Origin: an uncultured bacterium
Lineage (GTDB): Bacteria; Actinomycetota; Acidimicrobiia; Spongiisociales; UBA5794
Assembly: GCA_963777645.1 (NCBI GenBank)
Contig: CAVZRA010000001.1
Span: 669-64,668, forward strand
Direction of reading: 5' to 3'
Length of the DNA: 64,000 nucleotides
Shown here piece after piece: positions 19,488-29,360 of the stretch; positions within the stretch are counted from its first letter, which is position 1; each line of letters begins with the position of its first letter. Under the pieces are notes generated by a model. The model was not told the DNA's origin. It did no database searches and saw only the letters and a list, made by a program, of their open reading frames with translations. The translations under genes and the position numbers were made by a program.

Positions 19488-21988
19488 CAGCGGCGTTCAC
19501 CCCCGACCCGTTCCAGAGGGAGGCCGTGGCTCATATCCAGGACGGGAAGTCCGTTGTAGTCGTGGCACCGACCGGAGCAGGCAAGACCTACGTAGCCGAG
19601 CAGGCGGTTGCGTTGGCCGTTGCGGGTGGTGGAAGAGCTTTTTACACCGCACCGATCAAGGCGCTGTCGAATCAGAAGTTCGCCGACTTCTGCGCCGCCT
19701 ATGGAGAGGACCGGGTCGGTCTGCTGACCGGGGACAATGTCATCAACGGTGAAGCCCCGATAGTGGTGATGACCACGGAGGTGCTCCGGAACATGATCTA
19801 CGCCGAGTCGACGGCACTCCAGGGTCTTGCGGTGGTTGTCCTCGACGAGGTGCACTATTTGCAGAACCGCTACAGGGGATCGGTGTGGGAGGAGGTGATC
19901 ATCCATCTGCCCGGCGAGATACCGCTCGTCTGTCTCTCGGCGACCATCGCCAATCCCGAGGAGTTCACAGCCTGGGTGCGCAGCCGGCGAGGAGGCGAGA
20001 CGGAGCTGGTGGTTGAGACCCATCGACCGGTTCCGCTCGAGAGCATGTACATGATCAAGGACCGCCATCGCGACGGGGCGATCATCCTGCTACCGGTTTT
20101 TCAGGGCAAGCGAGCTAACTCCCAGGTCACGCGGCTACTCCAGAAGGGCAGGGGCCGGTACCGCCGGTTCATGCCCCCGCGGCGGCTGGAAGTCAGCGAA
20201 GAGCTTGCGGCGGACGGTTTGCTCCCCGCCATCTACTTCATCTTCTCGAGGGCGGGTTGTGACCAGGCAGCGGAGCTGGTTGCCGGGGCAAGGCTCGGTC
20301 TCACCTCCGCAGCGGAGCGAACCGAGATCAGGGAGAGGGTGGCGGCACTCACCGAGCACCTCCCGGAGCAGGATCTGAGGGCGCTTGGATACGACGCATG
20401 GCTGGAACGCCTCGAGCAAGGGATTGCCGCACACCACGCCGGGATGGTGCCCGCATTCAAGGAAACCGTTGAGGCTCTCTTTGCGGCCGGGCTCGTCAAG
20501 ATCGTGTTCGCCACCGAGACCCTGTCGCTCGGCATCAACATGCCTGCTCGCACCGTTGTGCTGGAGCGGCTGAGCAAGTTCAACGGCGACGCCCACGAGA
20601 TCATTCAGCCGGGGGACTACACCCAGCTGACCGGTCGGGCCGGCCGGCGCGGGATCGACGTGATGGGGACGGCTGTAGTTCTGCACAACCTCGATATCCC
20701 GTTTGAGCGTGTGGCCGCGATAGCCGCCGAAGGCTCACACCCCCTGGTGTCGAGTTTCCAGCCCACCTACAACATGGCGGCGAACCTGATAGCCAACTAC
20801 TCGCAGGAAGCGGCAGAGAAGTTGCTCAGTGCCTCCTTCGCCGAGTTTCGCTCCGAGCAGAGAAAGACCCAGCTGGAAGAGCAGCTGCACGAGCGTGAAG
20901 AGGAGGCGGAGCATTTCAGGCAGCAGGCGGAGTGTGAACTGGGCGACATCTGGGCCTTCGTGGAAGGGGCAGAAGGTGCACAGCTCAACCAGCTACAGAC
21001 GTTGCGTGATTTTGCCCAGCAGCTCCGAGAGGGCGACGTGCTCCGGTCGAGGAGGGGAGCAGCGGACCGCTGGGTCTTGCTGGCCCGGGGATGGGGAGCC
21101 AGCCCGCGTATGGTGTTTGTTGACGGGAATGGAGCCGAGCATCGGGTGAGTGCAGATCGTCTCGATCCTGGTGTTGCCATCCTCGGGAGCATGGACTTGC
21201 CGCTGCCGGTTCGAAGCCGCGATGGTGGCTACCGCAACAGTGTCTCGCAGCGGCTGCGCCAATGGGTCCCGAACCCCGATTTCGTGGTGCGGGAGCACGC
21301 GGCCGGCTCAGGTGATGGGGCTGGTTCATGTCCGCATCTTGCCGATCACCTCCGGTGGGTGCGCCGATTCCAGCAAACGGACAAGGACGTGCGCCGACTG
21401 CGGCGACGGGTGCGGAAGGACAAAGAGGGTCTCGTGACGACGTTCCGTGCCATTCTCGGGCTGCTCGGCGATTGGGGGTACGTGAGCGCGTGGTCGCTCA
21501 CGGAGAAAGGCCGCAGGCTCCGCTTCATCTACAACGAGTTGGACCTGCTGCTGGTCGAGGCGGTGTCGCGGGGGCTGTTCGACGATCTCGATGGTGCCCA
21601 TCTGGCGGCGCTGACGTCACTATTCACCTATGAGGCGCGGCGAGCCGACGGCCCCGACGGTGCGCCTCCGCAAGGGATCGCTGCGCGTGTCGATCAGATC
21701 GAACAACTCGCCGGTGAGTTGATCCATGCCGAGGGCGGAGCGGGAATACCCGAGTCACGTCTTCCCGACCCGGGCTTCGCTGCGATCGCATACGCTTGGG
21801 CTGTGGGTCACGACCTCGAGGAACTGTTCGATGATGATCTCGCCGCAGGTGATTTTGTGAGAAACTGCCGACAGCTGATCGATGTGCTTCGTCAGCTCAG
21901 GGACGAGTTTCCCGGGCTGCGGACGGCAGCAGCCGACGGTGTGAAGGCAATCGATCGGGGAGTGGTCGCGGCCGGAGGACGAGCATGA
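19484..21988 (+). CDS. helY: Ski2-like DEVH RNA helicase HelY
   Basis: APTGAGKT, PIKALSNQK, DEVH, ATETLSLGINMPA, GRAGRRGID, GDFVRNCRQLIDVL. Confidence 0.92.
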   Translation: MTAAFTPDPFQREAVAHIQDGKSVVVVAPTGAGKTYVAEQAVALAVAGGGRAFYTAPIKALSNQKFADFCAAYGEDRVGLLTGDNVINGEAPIVVMTTEVLRNMIYAESTALQGLAVVVLDEVHYLQNRYRGSVWEEVIIHLPGEIPLVCLSATIANPEEFTAWVRSRRGGETELVVETHRPVPLESMYMIKDRHRDGAIILLPVFQGKRANSQVTRLLQKGRGRYRRFMPPRRLEVSEELAADGLLPAIYFIFSRAGCDQAAELVAGARLGLTSAAERTEIRERVAALTEHLPEQDLRALGYDAWLERLEQGIAAHHAGMVPAFKETVEALFAAGLVKIVFATETLSLGINMPARTVVLERLSKFNGDAHEIIQPGDYTQLTGRAGRRGIDVMGTAVVLHNLDIPFERVAAIAAEGSHPLVSSFQPTYNMAANLIANYSQEAAEKLLSASFAEFRSEQRKTQLEEQLHEREEEAEHFRQQAECELGDIWAFVEGAEGAQLNQLQTLRDFAQQLREGDVLRSRRGAADRWVLLARGWGASPRMVFVDGNGAEHRVSADRLDPGVAILGSMDLPLPVRSRDGGYRNSVSQRLRQWVPNPDFVVREHAAGSGDGAGSCPHLADHLRWVRRFQQTDKDVRRLRRRVRKDKEGLVTTFRAILGLLGDWGYVSAWSLTEKGRRLRFIYNELDLLLVEAVSRGLFDDLDGAHLAALTSLFTYEARRADGPDGAPPQGIAARVDQIEQLAGELIHAEGGAGIPESRLPDPGFAAIAYAWAVGHDLEELFDDDLAAGDFVRNCRQLIDVLRQLRDEFPGLRTAAADGVKAIDRGVVAAGGRA

Positions 21989-22869
21989 CCTGGTGGGTGA
22001 TCGTGAACCCGGCGGCAGGAAAGCCGCAGGAACTGATTCCGCGCGTGGAGGCGGCATTGGGCGATGCTGGTGTCGAGTATGCCATTCGGGAGTCGACGAG
22101 CCCCGCTCACATTCACGAGTTGATAGCCGAGGGTAAACAGGCCGGTATCCGCCAGTTCGCTGGTGTCGGGGGTGACGGCACAGCCCACCTCATTCTCAAT
22201 GCCCTGATGAGCAGGGAGTGGCCGCGGCCTCCAGCTGTTGCGATCCTTCCGGCGGGAAGCGGATCGGACTTCATCCGGACCTTTGCTTTGCCGCGCAACA
22301 TCGAAGATATGGCGAAGCACCTTGCGTCCGACAGCTGGTACACGACCGATGTACTGCGGATGGAGGGCAGCTTTGGCACGGTGTATGCGCTCAACGCCAT
22401 CGAGCTTGGAGTGGGCGCCGCTGCCGTCACCACCGCGGCGCGGCTACCACGCTGGGTGGGGGAGAAGCGATATGCCATAGCGTTCTGGCTGGCGCTTCCC
22501 AGGTTTGGTTCCGATGTGGTCGAGATCACCGTCGACGGCGTTAAAAGAATCTCCGGGCGGGCGATCGAGGTGGTGATCGCCAACGGGCAGTTCTTCGGTG
22601 GAGGGATGAACATCGCGCCGAAAGCGAGCGTCTCAGACGGGATAGCAGACGTTCAGGTATTCTCGGGGCCTCGTCGCAAGGCCTTCAGCGTGATGCCGAG
22701 AGTTGTCCGTGGCATGCATCTACAACATCGCAATCTGCGCCGAACAACCGGGAAAGATGTCATAATCCACACGCCGGCGGACTGGCCCGTTGAAGCTGAT
22801 GGCGAATTGCTCGGGAGTGGCCCGATTTCGGTTACTGTGCTGCCCGCCGCGATTGAATTCAAGATTTGA
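21985..22869 (+). CDS. Diacylglycerol/lipid kinase family protein
   Basis: NPAAG, GGDGT, PAGSGSDF, NGQFFGGG, ADGE. Confidence 0.9.
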   Translation: MTWWVIVNPAAGKPQELIPRVEAALGDAGVEYAIRESTSPAHIHELIAEGKQAGIRQFAGVGGDGTAHLILNALMSREWPRPPAVAILPAGSGSDFIRTFALPRNIEDMAKHLASDSWYTTDVLRMEGSFGTVYALNAIELGVGAAAVTTAARLPRWVGEKRYAIAFWLALPRFGSDVVEITVDGVKRISGRAIEVVIANGQFFGGGMNIAPKASVSDGIADVQVFSGPRRKAFSVMPRVVRGMHLQHRNLRRTTGKDVIIHTPADWPVEADGELLGSGPISVTVLPAAIEFKI

Positions 22870-22940
22870 GGAGAATCGCCGAAAAGGTGGTTGGGAACGG
22901 CCAAGCCGTCAACTTACTCCTTGCTCCATTGTGAGGTGCC

Positions 22941-23414
22941 ATGACGACAAAAGACATTGATTTCGAGGATGAGATGCCGGACGACGAGTTGCCTGACGAC
23001 GACATACCTGATGACATCGACGACTCCGACATGCCGGATGATCTTTTCGATGATGAGCCTGCTGAGGATGATCTTCTCGACGATGCCCTCGAAGACGACA
23101 CGGTCGTAGTCGGCGATGATGACGACGATGCCGGCGACGATGATGACGACGACGACGACGATGAGACAGAAGCACTTGACGACCTCGAAGCTGAAGAGCT
23201 CGACATGCTCACAGACGACGAGGCCTCGGAGACTATCGCCGCCGACGAAGAGAAGCAGCTTCGTGACATCCGCAGAGCTCAGATCTCGATCGAGGCAAGC
23301 GCAGCCGGTGGCGCGGGCGCCAATGAGTTCGTTTGCTCGTCTTGCTTCCTGGTGAAGAAGACGTCGCAGCTGGCGAACAAGCGCAAAAAGATCTGTCGCG
23401 ACTGTGCGACCTGA
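22941..23414 (+). CDS. DUF4193-like acidic protein with C-terminal Zn-binding motif
   Basis: Very Asp/Glu-rich N-terminus; EFVCSSCFLVK..SQLA.....CRDC. Confidence 0.75.
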   Translation: MTTKDIDFEDEMPDDELPDDDIPDDIDDSDMPDDLFDDEPAEDDLLDDALEDDTVVVGDDDDDAGDDDDDDDDDETEALDDLEAEELDMLTDDEASETIAADEEKQLRDIRRAQISIEASAAGGAGANEFVCSSCFLVKKTSQLANKRKKICRDCAT

Positions 23415-24122
23415 AGTTCTGGTAGTCGTTCCCACGTACAACGAAGCAGAGAACATCGCGCTCATTGCCAACGCCGTCCGTACCCAGGACCTCGGTCTTC
23501 TTATCGTCGATGATGGCTCGCCGGATGGCACCGGAGACATCGCGGACGAGCTTGCCGCCGACGACGATGGTTTCTGGGTGTTACACCGCAGCGTCAAACA
23601 AGGTCTCGGCCCCGCCTATGCAGCCGGTTTCGAATACGCGCTGGAAAGGGGCGCCGAGATCATCTGTGAGATGGACGCCGATTTCTCGCACGACCCCAGG
23701 GACCTCCCGCGGTTGCTGGCCGCGGTGCACGAAGGCGCAGACCTCGCCATAGGTTCCCGCTACACGACCGGTGGCGGGGTGGAGAACTGGCCGTGGCATC
23801 GGCGCTGGCTGTCACCGGTGGGAACATCTATGCGAGGTTCATGCTGCGCACCCGGATTAACGACATGACGGCCGGTTTCCGCGCCTTTGACGCATCCGCC
23901 CTCCGGAAGCTCGATTTCGCCGGGTGTGAGGCATCCGGATACGGGTTCCAGGTGGAGATGGCCTGGCGGGCGTCACAGCTGGGGCTCGACGTCCGCGAGG
24001 TACCGATCATGTTCCGGGATCGGACCGCCGGACAGTCGAAGATGGGAGCCCGCATCGCGGTCGAGGCGATGCTGCTGGTCACCAAATGGGGAATCGGCAA
24101 CCTGATCAAGAGGCGCCGTTAG
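23404..24122 (+). CDS. ppm1: Polyprenol monophosphomannose synthase (GT2), one frameshift near 23815
   Basis: VPTYNEAENI, DDGSPDGTG, MDADFSHDP in the first frame; DMTAGFR...GYGFQVEM in the second. Confidence 0.85.
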
Positions 24123-24162
24123 AGTCCGCCCCGTACTGGAAGCGGATGCGGGGTGGCAAGGG

Positions 24163-24636
24163 ATGCAGGTTCGACAGCGGCAAGCGTCGACTGAGGATCT
24201 GCCCCGAATCGCTGAGATGTACGAGCCCGCCGAAGGTGAGCAGGTCCTTCTGCGTGAGCCGTGGGGGCTCGCCGACGGGCTCGCCGCACCCCAGCTGGAG
24301 ACCCTCGAGGCGATTTTGGGCGATCCCGACGCCCATCTGGTGGTCGGGTTGATCGACGAGGTCACCGTAGGGTTCGCATATGCGACCATCGAGGACCTGT
24401 TGCCCCAAGCGGCAGGTGAGCGGATCGGGGTGATCAAGATGATCTATGTCGAGGACGACGCTCGCATGGTCGGCATCGGGGAGGCGATGCTCGTCGGGTT
24501 GATGGATTGGTTGCATTCGCATGGGATCACCCGGTTCGATGCGATCGTTTCCCCCGGGCACCGGCTGGCGAAGAACTTCTTCGAGGCCGCCGGTTTCAAG
24601 GCACGGCGGATAACCATGTACCGTCACGACAAATGA
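24163..24636 (+). CDS. GNAT family N-acetyltransferase
   Basis: IYVEDDARMVGIGEAM acetyl-CoA motif; KNFFEAAGF. Confidence 0.8.
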   Translation: MQVRQRQASTEDLPRIAEMYEPAEGEQVLLREPWGLADGLAAPQLETLEAILGDPDAHLVVGLIDEVTVGFAYATIEDLLPQAAGERIGVIKMIYVEDDARMVGIGEAMLVGLMDWLHSHGITRFDAIVSPGHRLAKNFFEAAGFKARRITMYRHDK

Positions 24637-25973
24637 CGACACAGACCATCGCACTTCTCCAGCAGATGATCCGCAACCGTTGTGTCAACGACGGCACTCC
24701 GGACTCGGGTTTCGAGTCCCGTTCAGTCGACACCCTCATCGACTACTTCGGTGTTGCCGGCGAGATCATCGAACCGCACCCCGGGCGGCAGAACCTCATC
24801 TACCGGGTCTCGGGCCGGGATCCGGGTGCACCGGCGCTCACGTTGCTGCCGCATCTCGACGTGGTGCCGGTCACCGAGGCGAGCTGGCTTCATGATCCCT
24901 TTGGTGGCGAGATCATCGAAGGGTACGTGTGGGGCAGAGGTGCCGTTGACATGCTCAACCTGACTGCTGCCATGGCGGCTGTGTTCAAACCGTACCTTCT
25001 CGGCGACCGGGAGCCGTTGCCCGGTGACCTCGTCTTTGCAGCCGTTGCCGACGAGGAGGCGGGGGGCAAACTGGGTGCGGGGCACCTGGTGAGCGAGCAT
25101 TGGGATCTCGTCGCATGCGACTATCTGCTCACAGAGGTCGCTACCCCGGGGTTCAGGACCGATGGCGGGTTGACCCTGCCGGTCACGGTCGCCGAGAAGG
25201 GGCCTGCCTGGCGTTCGCTACGGTTGCGGGGCACTCCCGGTCACGGCAGCCAGCCGTACGGGACGGACAATGCTCTCATCGGGATGGCCGAAGCGATCAG
25301 CCAGCTGGCGGGGACACCAACACCGGTGGATATCTCACCGAGCTGGATCGAATTCATTACGTCAATTGGTCTGCCCGACGATATGGTGTCCCGGCTCATC
25401 GACCCCGATCGCATCGATGGGGCCATCGACGAGCTAGACGATCCCGATTTCGCCCGTTGGGTTCACGCTTGCACCCACCTAACCGTTGCCCCGACGCTGA
25501 TCCGCGCAGGCGAGAAACAGAACACGATTCCCGATCTCGGCGGAGCGAGCCTCGATGTGCGCACCACCCCGGGCCAGGATCGGGCAACGGTCGATGACAT
25601 GTTCCGCAAGGCTCTCGATCCCGGCCTGTACGAGCGCATCGAGATCATCGAAGATCTCGACTTCCCGGCAAATGAATCCGTGGCGACCGGTCCACTGTGG
25701 GACGCAATCGACGCGGCCGCCAATGATCTCGCCGGGCCGGCGACGCTCGTCCCGATGCTGACCCCTGTGCTCACCGACGGTCGGTATTTTCGCCAGCGGG
25801 GAGTGACCGCCTACGGAGTCGGCTTGTTCGAGGAGGACATGCGCTTCGCCGGTGCTCTTTCCATGTTCCACGGCAACAACGAACGGGTCGGGGTTCGCAG
25901 TGTTGCCCTAACCGAGGATCTGCTCACCAGGACTCTCGAGCATTTCGGGGAGCTGACAGGGGCCTCCCAATGA
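24633..25973 (+). CDS. M20/M25/M40 metallopeptidase
   Basis: HLDVVP, GRGAVDM, ADEEAGG, HGS, FHGNNER; start at ATG 24633. Confidence 0.9.
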   Translation: MTTQTIALLQQMIRNRCVNDGTPDSGFESRSVDTLIDYFGVAGEIIEPHPGRQNLIYRVSGRDPGAPALTLLPHLDVVPVTEASWLHDPFGGEIIEGYVWGRGAVDMLNLTAAMAAVFKPYLLGDREPLPGDLVFAAVADEEAGGKLGAGHLVSEHWDLVACDYLLTEVATPGFRTDGGLTLPVTVAEKGPAWRSLRLRGTPGHGSQPYGTDNALIGMAEAISQLAGTPTPVDISPSWIEFITSIGLPDDMVSRLIDPDRIDGAIDELDDPDFARWVHACTHLTVAPTLIRAGEKQNTIPDLGGASLDVRTTPGQDRATVDDMFRKALDPGLYERIEIIEDLDFPANESVATGPLWDAIDAAANDLAGPATLVPMLTPVLTDGRYFRQRGVTAYGVGLFEEDMRFAGALSMFHGNNERVGVRSVALTEDLLTRTLEHFGELTGASQ

Positions 25974-26764
25974 CGGCACAGCTCGACGGCTACGGCCCCG
26001 TCGATACCGTCATCTGTGACATCGATGGAGTGATCCTGCTCGGCAATCAACCGATCGTGGGTGCCGGTGCCGCCCTGGAGCGGATCCGCGGCGCCGGGCT
26101 CGAGATCATCCTCGCAACCAACAATTCCACAAGAAGACCCGTAATGGTGCGCAAGCACGTGCTTGATGTGACCGGGTTCGACCCGGGGCCGGATGCGGTG
26201 GTCAATTCCGGTGAAGCCACCGCCGAGCTGATCGCCGGCAGCTACGAGCACGTGCTGGTCGTCGGTACCGAAGGGTTGCGCGACACACTGCGCGACGGTG
26301 GCATTTCGGTGACCAACGATTGGAGAGTGGCCGATGCCGTTGTGGTGGGCCTCGACCCGGGGGTCGACTACGACATATTGGCCGCGGCGGGCCTTGCCAT
26401 CCAGAACGGCGCGGACTTCTACGCCACCAACACCGACAGTTCCTTTCCCCGACCCGAAGGTCTCTACCCCGGAGCGGGGGCTGTCGTGGCGGCGGTGGTG
26501 ACCACAACGGGCCGGGAGCCGTTCGCCGTGTGCGGGAAACCACACGAGCCGATGCGCAAGGCGCTTGCCCGCCGCAGCGGACGGCATCCGGTGATTGTTG
26601 GTGACCGTCCCGACACCGACATCGCGCTCGGCAAAGCCGAAGGCTGGGCGACCGTGCTCACCCTGACCGGCGTGGTCGGTGACGCGAGCCAGGTTCCTGC
26701 CGATCTGATGCCTGACGTCGTCATCGACTCGATAGCGGAGCTGCCCGGGCTACTCGGAATCTGA
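25970..26764 (+). CDS. HAD-IIA (NagD-like) hydrolase
   Basis: DIDGV, TNNS, GKP, VGDRPDTDI. Confidence 0.9.
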   Translation: MTAQLDGYGPVDTVICDIDGVILLGNQPIVGAGAALERIRGAGLEIILATNNSTRRPVMVRKHVLDVTGFDPGPDAVVNSGEATAELIAGSYEHVLVVGTEGLRDTLRDGGISVTNDWRVADAVVVGLDPGVDYDILAAAGLAIQNGADFYATNTDSSFPRPEGLYPGAGAVVAAVVTTTGREPFAVCGKPHEPMRKALARRSGRHPVIVGDRPDTDIALGKAEGWATVLTLTGVVGDASQVPADLMPDVVIDSIAELPGLLGI

Positions 26765-26766
26765 TC

Positions 26767-27567
26767 TCAGCGGTACATAGCCCCATACGTCGGGACGGGT
26801 TGATGGATGCGCCGCAGCCGTTCCACCAGGAGGGGTCGAAGCAGCATCGTGATCACGACACCGAAGATGAAGCCACCGACATGCGCCTCCCAGGCGACAC
26901 CCTGATCCTGGGTGACGAACTGCAGCCCGAACCAGATGATCAGGTAGAGCGCGGCGGGCACGTGCACGAAGAAGTAGAAGAAGATGCTCAGGATCTTGTG
27001 GCGCGGGAATAGCACGAGGTAGGCACCGAGCACCCCGGCGATCGCTCCCGAGGCTCCGATCATTGGCACGGTCGCATTCGGGTTGGCAAACACAAATGCA
27101 GCCGTCGCAGCGACCCCAGCAGCGAGATACAACAGCAGATAGCCCACGAACCCGTATGCCTCCTCGATGTTGTTCCCAAAGATCCACAGGAACCACATGT
27201 TGAACAGGAGGTGGGCGATGCCGCCGTGGAGGAACATCGAGACAAAGGCTGCGAGCCAGATGTTCTTGTTGGGGAACTCGGGGGTCGCCGCAGGGTTCTC
27301 GAGGCACTGGCCGGTCCGGATCTCGTTTGCGGTGAGTGGCTCTCCTGTGGTCAGCTCGCACGCCACGCCCGCTTTCTCGTATAGGAACGCTGTCTCGCTG
27401 GTGGCGTTGTCGTGTGGCTGCCATGCGAAGTAGACGGCGATGTTGATCGCGATGATTGCGATGGTCAGTATCGGGAAGACCCGGGTGGGGTTGAGATCTC
27501 GGATCGGAAACAAAACGCCGTCCTTCCCCTCGTGGCGGGTGATAATGCTGCCATGGATGATACGCAA
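26767..27567 (-). CDS. Rhomboid intramembrane serine protease (true start may lie slightly downstream)
   Basis: MFLHGG.AHLLFNM.FLWIFGNNIE, GASGAIAG, AHVGGF. Confidence 0.9.
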   Translation of the reverse strand: MRIIHGSIITRHEGKDGVLFPIRDLNPTRVFPILTIAIIAINIAVYFAWQPHDNATSETAFLYEKAGVACELTTGEPLTANEIRTGQCLENPAATPEFPNKNIWLAAFVSMFLHGGIAHLLFNMWFLWIFGNNIEEAYGFVGYLLLYLAAGVAATAAFVFANPNATVPMIGASGAIAGVLGAYLVLFPRHKILSIFFYFFVHVPAALYLIIWFGLQFVTQDQGVAWEAHVGGFIFGVVITMLLRPLLVERLRRIHQPVPTYGAMYR

Positions 27568-27774
27568 TCAACACCAGGGCCCGACCGTTTCCTCCAGGAC
27601 GTGACCCCGAACGATGATCCCGTGGCCACACTCGCCGGGATGGACCCCGCCGAGGCACCCCCTGCGGCGGAACGATATGCGGCGGCACTCGAAGCGGATC
27701 TCGAGAGCGCAGGGGTCCAGCCTCGTGAGCCCGAACAGATGCAGGTCGATCTTGGAGCGGGCACCGAGACATGA
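27553..27774 (+). CDS. Hypothetical acidic protein
   Basis: ORF from ATG 27553 coupled to tlyA through an ATGA overlap. Confidence 0.45.
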   Translation: MDDTQSTPGPDRFLQDVTPNDDPVATLAGMDPAEAPPAAERYAAALEADLESAGVQPREPEQMQVDLGAGTET

Positions 27775-28552
27775 AGCGGAGCCGGCTCGATCGGGAGCTG
27801 GTCCGGCGGGATCACTTTCCCTCGCGCAGCGCGGCTCGGAACGCCATAAATGCGGGTTTCGTGCTTGTAGATGGCCTTGTGGTCAACAAGCCGGCAATGA
27901 ATGTCACCGGTGACACCGACATTGCCGTGTCGGACCAGGCGCGTGACTATGTGGGGCGAGGAGCCTACAAGCTCGCCGCCGCTCTCGAAGAGTTCGGCGT
28001 TGCCGTGTCCGGCAAGAGGGCCATCGATGTGGGCTCGTCGACCGGTGGCTTCACTCAGGTTCTGCTGGAGGCCGGAGTCACGAGCGTTGTTGCCCTCGAC
28101 GTCGGACGTGACCAGCTGCATCCACGTCTGCGTGCAGATCCCCGGGTTGTGGCCCGGGAGGGCACCAACGTGCGTGACGTCGATGCGGGTGATATTGGCG
28201 GCCCATTTGATGTGATCACCGTAGATCTCTCGTTCATCTCGCTGCTGACGGTGGCAGCTGATCTGGAGCGATTGGGCGATGCAGATGCCGATTGGATCGT
28301 GCTCGCCAAGCCACAGTTCGAGGTTGGCAGAGACCGGCTGGGTAAGGACGGTGTGGTGAGGGATCCCGGGGCGCGGGCGCCTCCCTCGTACGCGTGATGG
28401 ATGCGTTTCTTCGTGTCGGTCTCGTGACCACAGGTCTGACGAGATCCCCGATTCGGGGCGGGACCGGCAACGTGGAGGCGCTGCTGTGGTTGCGCAGGCG
28501 TGGTGGCGCAATACTGTCGGCGCGGGCGTTTAAGGTTCTTGCTGATGAATGA
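27771..28552 (+). CDS. tlyA: rRNA 2'-O-methyltransferase TlyA, one frameshift near 28380
   Basis: S4 domain RLDRELV, YVGRGAYKL, DVGSSTGGFT, DLSFISL, KPQFEVG; shifted frame gives SPIRGGTGNVEAL. Confidence 0.9.
28515..28536 (+). promoter_or_regulatory. PafBC/RecA-NDp-type promoter upstream of nadK-recN
   Basis: TGTCGG-N10-TAAGGT, 8 nt before the nadK ATG. Confidence 0.6.
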
Positions 28553-29360
28553 CATCCCAAAGACCCTCGGCATAATCGCCCTCAACGGGCGTGATGGCGT
28601 ATCGGAGGTTCTCGACCGTTTCGAGGCTTCGGCACGGCAGCAGGGCTTTGACGTTGTCGACACGCGTGCAGACTCATATGTGGCAAGCGACCTCGACCTC
28701 ATCGTCGGCATCGGCGGCGACGGCACACTGATGCGGGCCGCTCATCTCGCTCACGAACTGGCGGTTCCGGTGATCGGCATCAACCTCGGCACCGTCGGTT
28801 ATCTGACCGAGGTCGAGCCCTCGAATGTGGAGGACATGCTGGAGCGGCTCGCCGCAGGGAGCCTCGGCAGTCACAATCGCATGACCGTGGCTGCCGAGAT
28901 GCCGGACGGGACCGTGCTGCACGGCATCAACGATGTTGTTCTCGAGAAGGTATGGAGCCAGCGTCTGGTGAAGATCTCGGTTGAGGTGGACGGGGAGTTC
29001 TTCACAACGTTCCGGTCGGACGGCCTCATCATTTCGACCCCGCTCGGTTCAACCGCGTATTCGCTCTCCGCCGGGGGTCCCATCGTCGCACCCGACCTGA
29101 ACGTGCTCATCATGACCCCGGTGGCTCCGCACAGCTTGATGAGTAGGGCCATGGTGTTCACTCCGGGGACCACCTTCCGCTTCACTGTCGCCACCGAGCG
29201 CCAGGTGCGGGTGAACGTGGACGGCCATGTCGGTGGTGTGCTCGACGAGGGTGAGAGCGTTCTCGTGCGGGCCGGTCACGACGATGTGCAGTTCCTGACC
29301 ATGGGTATGCACCCGTTCTCACAGGCGGTCCGTCACCAGTTCGGGCTCGACCATGCTTGA
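28545..29360 (+). CDS. nadK: NAD(+) kinase
   Basis: GGDGT, NLGTVGYL, ND, DGLIISTPLGSTAYSLSAGGP. Confidence 0.93.
   Translation: MNDIPKTLGIIALNGRDGVSEVLDRFEASARQQGFDVVDTRADSYVASDLDLIVGIGGDGTLMRAAHLAHELAVPVIGINLGTVGYLTEVEPSNVEDMLERLAAGSLGSHNRMTVAAEMPDGTVLHGINDVVLEKVWSQRLVKISVEVDGEFFTTFRSDGLIISTPLGSTAYSLSAGGPIVAPDLNVLIMTPVAPHSLMSRAMVFTPGTTFRFTVATERQVRVNVDGHVGGVLDEGESVLVRAGHDDVQFLTMGMHPFSQAVRHQFGLDHA

Noticed and set aside
23110-23165. GAC/GAT microsatellite as a phase-variation locus
   Set aside because: It is an in-frame, mixed-codon poly-Asp tract within a coding sequence.
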